Source of the DNA: Camelus ferus
Taxonomy: Eukaryota
Reading direction: 5' to 3'
Assembly: GCF_009834535.1 (NCBI RefSeq)
Contig: NC_045707.1
Coordinates: 56,484,001-56,548,000, forward strand
DNA: 64,000 nucleotides
Shown here: piece by piece, positions 53,596 to 64,000 of the stretch
Numbering within the stretch: the first letter of the stretch is position 1
Layout of the letters: every line of letters begins with the position of its first letter
Translations under genes and position numbers: made by a program
Notes under the pieces: model-generated
Database searches by the model: none
What the model was told of the DNA's origin: nothing
What the model saw: the letters and a program-made list of their open reading frames with translations, nothing else

Positions 53596-54479
53596 TTATA
53601 AAATGCCATGCACTTAACCAGGTGCCAAAGTTGCAGTAAGAAACAATATAAACATGACCTCCATAATGAAAGCACTTAATTCTACTCATGGTACAGACAA
53701 GTAGGCAATTATAGGAAGCAATATCACAAATACTGTGAGAGAAGGAAACAAAGCAGTAGTACCAACTCTAAAACTGGAGGAAAGCTTTCTGAGATCAAAA
53801 CTCAGAACTAAAAATGTCTGAAGATAAGCCAAGTTTTTAAAAGAAGGATATAAAAGAGAGAAAACTGTTCAACATAGGAGAACTATATGTGCAATGACCC
53901 AGAAAGGAGAGAAGGAATGACCTGAATGAAATTCTATATAATTCTATTGTAAGGTGTAAATTAAGGTAAGAGGTAGAAGTTAAGATGCTTTTAGCACCAA
54001 GTAATAGAAAAATCACCTCTAAATCCTTAGCTGGATGTGCAAACAATTAAACTAGGATCCAGTTTATTCTTTCCTTTTCTCAGATCCAATACCTTGCCAC
54101 TGATTCACTCTTGGCAACACAACACCTGCATTGATAGTCTTAAAGTGACTATCAGCAGCTCCCCAAACCTACCTGTTTCCTCTGCACACACAATATAGAA
54201 AAGAAAAAGAGAATGTCAGTCATATTTAAAGAAAAATCCTGAGAGTCACTTTGCTTGGGTCAATTTAGGTCACATGAAAGCTAGGTATTAGGATGGACTG
54301 ACTTGCCTTACCCAGGTCTCCTATTCAATGCTTGGAGCCTGGATGGAATCAATATCCCTAAAACCATAGGGAACAAATAGAAACTAGGGTCTTGGGAATA
54401 GGAAAATGAAAACCAAATGCATCAGCAGCTCACCTGTTGTTCTTGCCATGTAACATTAGACTGTATAATAAAAGAAACT

Positions 54480-54840
54480 GAGAACCATTTAATTGAGCAG
54501 AGGAAGAAGCCAATCAGATTTTCACATTAGAAATATCACTCTTTCAATGTGAAGAACAGAGTGAACAGAATCAAGACTAGAAATAGGGAAGCCAGTTAGC
54601 AGGTTTTTGTAAGGTATTATCAGTAGAGAGATTGACAATAAAAGGTTCAAGAGATATTCAACAGAATAGACAGACATTGGAGAAGATGTGGATTTAAGAA
54701 GTGAAGGAGAGAGCAAAGTCAAGGATGAACCCCCTGTGTTACAACTGGTCAAGTGAATATTTATGGTGGTACCACAGAAACCAAGGAGGAAAAACACCTT
54801 GTGGTGGAAAATGATGAGTTGGTTTCTGGATATGAGTTTG
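54480..54840 (-). mobile_element. L2 relic
   Basis: attttcacattagaaatatcactct...agggaagccagttagcagg...gtcaaggatgaacccc. Confidence 0.55.
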
Positions 54841-55594
54841 ACAAGTCTACAGATTATAACCTTGAATTTGTTTGAGCTCTCAGTGTCTTGCCATTTCAGG
54901 ACATGTTAAAGATGTTATATAATTATATAATAGAAGTAAAACTATAAAATTAGATATAACATTTACTAATTATTAGCAAAGGACCCATTTCCTTTTTGTG
55001 TTTAAGTACTTGTTCCATAATTGCTAAATCTTGATGCTATTTGTCAAAGCCAAAGGTTAGGAGGAAAATGAAGAGCCCAGAAGCATGTAATAAATCATCT
55101 GTGCTTTCCTTTAACAAGAAACATAAGTGCATATGAAATACCACTTACTATAATGGTATAGAAATAAAGTAGAATAAGAATTAGAAATATCCTGATTCCA
55201 TAAACAGAGGAGCAAGCACTGGACTGAATAACATCAAGGTCAATAGTAACATATACAAAGAGAAAATAAAGCAAGATTTTTTTTAAGTCAAGATGAAAAA
55301 AAAATATTATTGCAACATGGACACCCTGGATGCTTGTAAAAAGGAGATCATCTTTACATGGGAAAATATCTACCTGAAACATCACTTGGAGGAAGAGGGC
55401 TAGGCAGTAAGATTAGCACCTGCAGTATGGAACTGATTCAGCAGCAGATGTGAAGCTAAACTCCTGTTTCCAAATTTGCTAGAGGGATGTAACCCCATTA
55501 CGGAGGAAGCTGAATCTAGGTTATACAATAATGAAATAGACAAAAGGCATAGCTAAACTGTACTCCATACTAAATCAATGAGAATTTCAGTGTA

Positions 55595-55795
55595 AAAGAG
55601 AGCAGAGAAGAAAGGTGAAAACGGGAGGAAGAGGGTGAGATGGAGGTGGAAGATAAGAACGTGAGGGAGGAGGAAAATGAGACAAGGGTGATGGTTGGGA
55701 TGAGGGGAGCGGTGCAGAGTGGGGAGGGAAGAGGAGAAGAGAAAGAGAGGAGAAGAGGGGAGAGATGGGGGTGGGGAGAGAACGAGAGAGAGAAT
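55595..55795. repeat. Purine-rich (GA) low-complexity tract
   Basis: Direct read; explains the three overlapping Ser/Pro/Leu-rich antisense ORFs. Confidence 0.85.
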
Positions 55796-57201
55796 GTAAC
55801 AAAGTAACCAGAGGACAACTGGAAAGTCTGATAACTGAAATATCCCCATGTGGTGATACTGAGGAGAATAAGAACAGGAACAGTAACAGGAAATGTGGTC
55901 ATCCTTACAACGATCCCCTTCTACCAAATCTTGGATAGATGACCACCATTTTCTCAAGAAGAAAAACAGACAGGAGTTCCAGGTCCATGTGTCATGGCAG
56001 CTTTCCCTGCGATTAACTTTAGGTTTTATTCATTGTGTTTGAATAGTTCAGATTATTATTAAAGTATAGGTTATTATAACTTAAAATAATAAATCTTAGA
56101 GATTATTTATGAATATTTAAATTCCTCAATCATATATTTGGACAAGTTGTCACTTTAAAATTGTCTTTAAAATGATACCTCAAAGTCACTTTTTCATTTT
56201 CTTTCTAGAATCATGAATTATAAATTATAGCATAGAAGTACTTATGAGACAAGACTGAAAAAGAGGTGGTTCATAACATCTTTGAAGTGGTTTTAAATTA
56301 CTCTAATTTCAGCTTTTGAGTCCTGATATAATTTTCATTGAAACTATATATCTATATATATAATGAATAGTATAATAAAGGAAGGAGGTTGTGAGGTTTT
56401 TTTTGAATACTGACCTTTTAAAAAGATACCAACAAATTTTCATTTACTCAAATTATAGGTATTTAGAAATATAAGTTTCTAGTCTGACAGCAATATTTGC
56501 TTCCTGGGTATGTGCTTCTTTTAAAACTTATGTGCATATTTATTGATTTATAGTTTTTTTAAAGGTCTATTTTCCTTTGAAATATTAACCAAAAATATCT
56601 AACATAGCACTGTATTTTCTTTTGTTCTTTTACATAAAAAGCAGTAGAAAAGTATATTTATTTAATTAATAAGTATTTAGAACGCCTAATATGTGCCAAT
56701 TACTGTGTGCTCACTACTGTCAATTGTTTGAATCAGAATATAAATATAACACTACTAAAAAATCAGCCAGAGTCTTAACAAGTTATATCACCGAAATAAA
56801 AATTCCATGATTGTTTGGAAATATTTCTGTACAACTAAGATGGATTCTGTAGCTCATCAGTTTAAAGGGCAGAGAGGGAAAGGATGTTTATTCCAGAGGG
56901 TAAACATGACTAAACTGAAGAACTCCCAAGATTTAAATGGATGTGAGACAGTATAAAAAAATATGTGCTTAAATATTTACTTACTTGGTAGCATGTGATG
57001 ACATAGTGTTAAACTGACATTTTGTGCTATTCTACTCTTTCAACTTTGCAACAGTGAAGCTTTCAGATATCTCTGCTGGTTTAGCATTATACTCTTAGGT
57101 TAGGGTAAAACCTATGCCTCTAAAATTTATTGCTTGCTCAGCATACCTTGTCTGGACCACTGGGATAAGTAGGATTCTGCTTACAAAGTGGATCACAGCA
57201 G

Positions 57202-57718
57202 TTTGGTAGCCAGCCTCCAAGATGGTGTCTAATGAGTCCTGTCTCTCTGCATTCATACCTTTATATAGTTCCTTACCACAGTGCACCAGGGTTGTCTCTG
57301 TGATCAACAGCAAATAGCAAAAGTGATGGTATAGCACAAGGTTATGTGTAAAAGACTGGAGCTTCTGTCTTGGGATCTTTCTCTCTATTTGTCTCTCTCT
57401 CTCTCTCTTTATTGCCACTTACTTTAGGGAAAGTCATCATGTAGTATGAGTAGCTCTATGGAGAGGCCCACATGGTAGAGAACTGAAATCACCAGAAATC
57501 ACATGAGTTGACTTGGAAACTGATTTTCAGCCCCTTTGGAGGACAGCAGCTTTGGCTGACTTGACTACAACCTCATGAGAGATTCTGAGCTAAAACCACA
57601 CAGCTAAGCCCAAGCCCAGCTTGAATTCCTGACCATCATTAACCAGTGTTGAGATACATGTCAACTTAAGCTGCTAATCTGGGAATATTTTGTTACATAG
57701 TAATAGATAACTAATACA
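57202..57718 (+). mobile_element. MaLR solo LTR (MLT1F-like)
   Basis: ggtagccagcctccaagatgg...atggagaggcccacatggtagagaactga...ttgttacatagtaatagataactaataca. Confidence 0.85.
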
Positions 57719-59597
57719 TCTGTAAATTATTTTTGTCTTTTGGATTTTGGGTGAAACTAGGCCATGGTTCAACACAATGAATTTTCAACGACTGAAATCT
57801 GTTCTTAGGGTAAACTCAGGAAAACTTAGAGAGACTTGCCATTTTTTCCATGAAGTAGAAAATACTTGTCATCTTATTTTTTCAGCTTTCTTTTTTCTTA
57901 AGTCCATGGACATGTCTTAAAGAAAGGAAGGCAAGGAGAGAGGACATAAAAGAGGGATTGTCTGGGAGCATACTGAATGCTTGTTATATTTCAAGACTTG
58001 AGCTAGACAAGCAATTGAATCTTGTCAACAATGTCAACAAATCTTGCCAACTCCCATTTTACTTAGAAAAGTTAGATGACATCATGCAGCTAAAATGTTT
58101 CACAACCAGAATGCAAACATGGATATGCTTGAGTCCAGTGACTGATTTACATTATACAAAGCTGCTCAACAAAACCATCAAATAATTAAGTCCATAATGT
58201 ATGAAAGCCATTTGATCCAGGTCACTTGGAACTTCTGTTAAAATGTTTGGGAAATCCAGTCTAAAGGGAGAAGACTATCTGTAATGACAGATTTGTTGTA
58301 TGGCTAAAAAGAGAAAACAAGTGCAAACAAAGCTTTCACCACTGTATAGAACCAGGCAATATAAGGCCTGGTATGATTTTTGTAGGTCTTGTGGCAGATG
58401 CTCAATACGTATCTGTTGATGGATAAAACTGCTGAACAGAAGTAGATTTTATCATTTTGTATGCAAAATGAGTTTTTAATACATATTAGCTTGATAATAT
58501 CCCCATGTTTCTACAAGACAGCATAGATTTCAATTTTTTCTAAACATGTATCATGTATTAATATCCTGTACTGAGAATCTATTTTTGAATTACTTCTCTA
58601 TATACAAAATTTATGAAAGGATAATAATCTTCAAGTTAAGTATGTAGAATGTGACCATTCTGCATTGTCTGAAGTGCAAGAACGTAGATGAAACAGTTAT
58701 AAATTGCTGAAAACATATGTGTCAATATCAGTTTGGCTTACTTTATCTTGTATTTGCCAATTTGTTTTAGACATGTGTATCATTTGATGTCTGCTTAATG
58801 TTAGCTGAGGTATTACCAATGTGCATTTCTGGGAATAATTTGCTTTGATTAATTTCAAATGGATTTGCAGTTATTCCTTTCAACTGAATGTGTTGATGGC
58901 ATGTTTGTACTTTTGTCCTCCTGTTTTACAAATGTCAATTCTAAAAGCAGCCATATTTACCGACAAAGTTTACTAACTTATGTTTATAGCTAGTTAAGTA
59001 AGTGAACAATTGAATAATTCTACATGCAAGCTATTGGTTTCTCATAGGGAATGAAGAACCAAGTGAAAACCTGAAAGTGAAGGTTTGGCTGGAGCTCAAT
59101 AATTGCTTTGTAATTTTGACGAGCCACAGGTTAGATCTCAGTATTCCTATATGTTATAGAAATACTTTAAAAATTATTTTTGAAATTATTTTGAGTTCCA
59201 ATGCAGACAAGACAGGAATTTATTTGGTAACTACACATAATGAGTTAAGATTAGAGCCCATGTGGCTGGCTGGTTAAGGCTTCTAACATGAGATCTGGGG
59301 CTAGATTCATACTTACGGCTATTCAAAGAATGAAAAATTGTGATAAAAAGTAAACTACACAGAGGTATAAAGTTGGAGAAGCTAGTCATTCAGGTTATGA
59401 TAAGGCTTTTGGATTCCAGGGAACCACTGAAGGGTATTAAAGAGGAGATAAATGATCAGTTTTGAACTATAGAAAGATCATCTAATGGCAAATGGATTAA
59501 AATGGAGGCAATAAGACTGATCATATGGCTGAAACAGACAAGAGATGCTGGCTTGTTAATAAGGATGGCTAGAGTTGGATACAATTCTGAACAATTG

Positions 59598-60090
59598 GTA
59601 TATTAATTAGAAAGGCATTTGGCTGCAAGTAGTAGAAAACCTAGCTTACAGTGGTAAATGTCTAGCTTATATTTTTTTTAACAAACAGACTTCTAAAAGT
59701 AGATGGTGGCTTAAGTTGGTTCAGGAACTCAGTGATGTAAAGACCAGTGCCTGCAGTTCTTTGGAAAATCACATGCTTGTTTCCTCTTGAACACAGAAGT
59801 GATGCAGGATAATGGCTGAAGGAAAAACGACTGTGCTAGGTACATAAGTCCCTTTTCATCATGAAAGGAAAAGCTTTCCCAGAAACTCCCTCAGCAGACT
59901 TCCTTTTAAGTCTTTTTGGCCAGAGCTAGATTCCACAGCCGTCCTAACTTGAGGGGAGATTGGGAAATCAGGGAAAAGTATGGTCATGATTGATTATCAT
60001 GATCCATCACTACAGTGCCATATTGCTTCCTTAAATAAAATCATGCTCTGTTAGCAAAGAAGAAGGGAGAATTAACAGTGTCTTCCACAG
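59598..60090 (-). mobile_element. Old MaLR LTR (MLT1K/L-like)
   Basis: gtatattaattagaaaggcatttggctgcaagtagtagaaaacc...ctctgttagcaaagaagaagggaga...tgtcttccaca. Confidence 0.6.
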
Positions 60091-61265
60091 TTAGCCATTC
60101 TGACCCAAGCGGCACAGTGGAAGAGGTTGCTGGACTCTCTCTGTACTCAGGTGTAAATGTGCTGCTTCATCGACTGATTCATGTCCATGATTGCTATGAA
60201 GCATTAATTAATGAATGTGTAACCTAAAAGGATGTGAAAATTCAATTAAAAAATAAAGTTTCTCAAGCAGTTTAATTTTCCTTATCTCCTATTTTTATTT
60301 ATATCACACATACAACCTGTACCAGCTAAAGCATCTCTCTCTTTCAGTCAGGCTGCTGCAGAGCTTTTTGTCCCATGATGATAAAATGTATTCTTTTCAT
60401 TTCAATGTGAAGGAATTGAAATACGGGCTTCAGAACCAGAATGTCAAAGGCTACCATACCACTGACCTGCATGGAGAATTTTTCATTATTCAGATATTTT
60501 CCTATTTTAAACTTTTTTTCATCAAAGCAATTGATTTTTCTTGTATCAGTAGTTCCTCAGTAGAGGGAGAATCAGATGATTATACAACCTTGTATTATAC
60601 AACAATCTGCTTCAGTTCTTAGGCAACAACCGCCGAAAGAACATTAACTCCAGGGAGCCTTCACCAGGGTTGAAGAGCTGTGGCATCTGGCATGTTAATC
60701 AGGGATTTTTGTAAAGTCAGTAAAAACAAAATATCTTCCATGTATTTTTAATTCATTTTAAAAAAATGTAATGATGTGGAACTTTAAACGTTATCAATTT
60801 AGCAATTGAATAACAGTAATCAAGCTCTTTGTTGAAATGAAGGTATTATGTGATTCTCTAAGATGTAGTGAAAAGACCTTGCTTCCTGCTACTGCGCATA
60901 AATACTACTTAACGTATCTTTAAGGGTAAACTGAATATCTTAAGCAGTTCTGTTATAGAGTAATTTTCTGGATAGAAACTACAAAATACGTGCCTAAAAT
61001 AAATAATCAGAATAAAGAAAAGTTAATTATCTTAGCCAATTAAATTAATCTTATGTTTTCTACTATTTTCTATTGTATTTTCTGTTTTCATAGTTTATAT
61101 TTACATATGATATATTTTTACTGCTATGCACTATAAATAAAAATAGGGTGCAAATAGATACGTTCTATTCCACAATGTGCTTACATGTTAGATTATAGGC
61201 TAAATAAATAGCCCACTCATCAGAAAAATAAAACAATTATCAATGTAATTCTTAGAGTCATTGAA

Positions 61266-61373
61266 TTTTATTTTATTTATTTTTTTGGGGGGGAGGTAAT
61301 TAGGTTTGTTTGTTTGTTTGTTTATAGAGGCAGTACTGGGGATTGAACCTCTACCACTTGAACTAGACCCTCT
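61266..61373 (-). mobile_element. Vic-1-type SINE with internal deletion
   Basis: T tail, ggggaggtaattaggtttg, gtactggggattgaac joined directly to ctctaccact. Confidence 0.85.
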
Positions 61374-62309
61374 TCTATTGAGTGATTAAATTTTAGATTA
61401 CAGAGATGGTTTGGGAGATCAACTGCTTAAACCTACTCATTTTGCTCATAAAGAAATATAAAGCCTAGCACTGAGTTACCTGTTCAAGATCTCACAGCTT
61501 CCTAGGAACAGTCAATCACAAGCTCCTAACATTCAGTGTTTTCTCATGATCCCAAATGCATTTTCTTAAATATACAGATATAGTCATTACTCAAAACAGG
61601 AAATCCTTCAACTGTATCCTAACATCAGATAGATGAAATTGGTTTATTATGCACCAAAGAGCTTCTTAGGTTGTTACTCTTTGAATTTCAATTTGTAGAA
61701 TGGTGGAATCTGTGGAAAGGTGGGAGATAGTTGACTGGGAATCAGGGTTTTGTTTCATTCATTTATATAATAGATACATATGGAGTATCTGTCCAGTGCC
61801 ATGTACTGTCTCAGGAGCTAGGGCTACAAAAGTGTGCACAAAGTACAATGCTTCTCAAGGCATTAGCATTTAGAGAAGGTAAGGGGATTAAGCAGGCAAA
61901 GGAATAAACAAAAAATGTATTTATCTGAATATGTTCATTCTTAACACCTTTTTACAATGAAATTTTCTATCTCTGAGAGAGCCTACACATTCTTTGAAGT
62001 AGAGGCAAAAACAGTTATTGTTTAGTATTTTTTGAAACTTTGTATAAATTTCTTTAGTAAAGGGATTATCTAGCTTTCTTCCAACATTGTACACTAGAAA
62101 ATTATGGGATTTGGAATAAAACACAGCTAGTTTCCTATCTGCATTCAACCATATATGGTATTTGTGACTTAACTATTATAAGCCTATCACCTCACCTATT
62201 AAATAGACCTAACACTATGCCTAACACATATTAGGTACTCAATAGATGCTATATCCATTTTCTCTCATTATTCTTAGGGTTAGCTCTACATTGAGAAATA
62301 TAGATACAG

Positions 62310-63232
62310 TGTCCCAGATAGGCCTGACTAAATTTCTCCTATCTAAGGAATCTCTATACAGAATCTAATTCTGTTAGAATTATAGACTGAGTAGTTACTA
62401 AAAGTAACTATGTGGATAGCAATATCTTGATATTTTGTTCTCTAGCTGAGGACACAACCAAGTCTTCACTACACCTTTCTACCATGTTATGGGTGATAAG
62501 ATCAGTAAATCCCATGAACATTAGCCCTTTCTTTGGCTATGTCTTTTGCCATTTATCTGATACTTAAAAGAGGTGTTGAGTGGGACAAAATGTTGATGTA
62601 TTAGTAAGTCCACAGATGGTGGTTTTGATAGAAGTATGATGAGTAAGGAAAGTAAATTCAAAAGCAGAATGAGTGTCTATTTCCATGAGAATTTTTTATT
62701 GCCTTCTTCATGATGGAAGAGAACCAATGTAGTCAATCTGCCACCATCTAGCTAGCTAATTTTATTGAAGCATGATAGCATGCTGAAATTTTAGAGTTGG
62801 TCACCACTTCCAGAAAACTGGGTGACAGTGGTGGAAGACAGATCAGTCTTCATGAAGACAGCCCATGCATGATTTATGTCCATGCCACCGAGGTCACCCA
62901 CCTTGTTAAAAGCCCAATGAGGAAGCTCTAGGTTGCTGGGAAGGAAGGTACTAACATCTGGAGTAGGTGCATATGTGCATCAGATTATTAATTCTCTGTT
63001 GAAGTGTTTTGTTGAGTCTTTCCCAATGTTCTTAGTCACAAATCTTTAACCTTGTTTCTTACAAGTCTCTGATCATTAGCCACAGCCCAGTAATAATTGG
63101 TACATCTCCTTCCCTCAGGCCATTTATCTTTGCAGGCAAGGTGGCCAATGAGATATATGGCTAATATTCTGCCTGCTGAAAGGATTTCCTTTAGTCCTTG
63201 ACCTTCAGAGTCTTTCAGAATGTGGCTAAAAT
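62310..63232 (-). mobile_element. ERVL internal pol relic (RNase H to integrase)
   Basis: Antisense LKDSEG...HLACKDKWPEGRRCTNYYWAVAN resembles ERVL RNase H (HFAWKEKWPDVRLYTDSWAVAN); RWWQIDYIGSLPS is the integrase WQxD motif. Confidence 0.8.
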
Positions 63233-64000
63233 AGTTCACTTTTGGATCTGTTTCTGGGATTTAGACTCTTCCATCTATTTGTCTATGTCAAGTGGTTTTG
63301 ATTATATTTACTTTATGGCAAAGTTTAATAACTAATAGTGTATACTTTCAGGATTTTTCTTTAAGAAATGACTGCTAATTCTTGTGTATTTCTTCTTTTA
63401 TGTGGTCTTTTATATAAATTTAGGAAAACTGGATAGACATTCTATTGTTTAACTCATCAATTACTCAGGGCTCATTTTAAGACTTTCAATAAAATTGAGC
63501 ATATATTTTGCCTAGTTTTAAATGCCCTCTATAACAGGACCTCACTCAGACTTTTCAACTTTGCCTCAATGATCAGTCAGGCTCTTCCTTACTCACACAG
63601 CTATTTAAATTAATAAGAGCAACAGAATATTATGAACTTACTGTCTGTTTGTTACCAAGAAGTTAGCAGAGTTGGTCAAAATATGCTCCCTTTCTTCTAG
63701 AAATTTGCAATGTAGTGGAATAAACTTGCTATTCACAAACAACAATGGCACAAGCTAGTCTGCAATAAATGTTCAATAATAAAGACATGAATGAATTAGA
63801 AATCCAGCTTACCCATCCTGTCTCTATCACTTCCTCAATGTTTACCCATCTTCTAAGCCCAGATCAAATCATTTTCTACATGAAGTCTTCTCTCATGACC
63901 GTATGTCGTAGTGATCTCATTCATTTCATTACATTTCATAATATTAACTATACGACTAACATTAAATGCATTTCTACTTTGTGCCAGATATTGTCAAAAG

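Noticed and set aside
55553..55957. Overlapping 71-134 aa antisense ORFs
   Set aside because: Artefact of a purine-rich low-complexity tract that lacks stops on the opposite strand.

Overview
This is AT-rich, CpG-depleted mammalian genomic DNA, either intergenic or deep intronic. I find no supportable host protein-coding exon, RNA gene or CpG island. Two tRNA-Ala-derived SINEs of the Vic-1 type and cetartiodactyl-style L1 3'UTRs point to a camelid (alpaca, llama or camel). The window is a mosaic of L1 fragments of several ages, MIR and L2 relics, many ERVL/MaLR LTRs, two decayed ERVL pol (RNase H-integrase) segments, old DNA transposons and microsatellites. The only protein-like ORFs are L1 ORF2 and ERVL pol remnants. 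I see no convincing novel biological system. The best curiosities are: a TSD-bounded L1 with an in-frame, microhomology-joined deletion of the RT core (51409-52907); a second internally deleted L1; an exact 27-bp direct repeat 708 bp apart around unique DNA; a perfect 14-bp-arm palindrome; a perfect 70-bp tandem duplication; and a SINE lacking its anticodon arm. Repeat family names come from recalled consensus similarity, not a database search, and boundaries of old elements are approximate.
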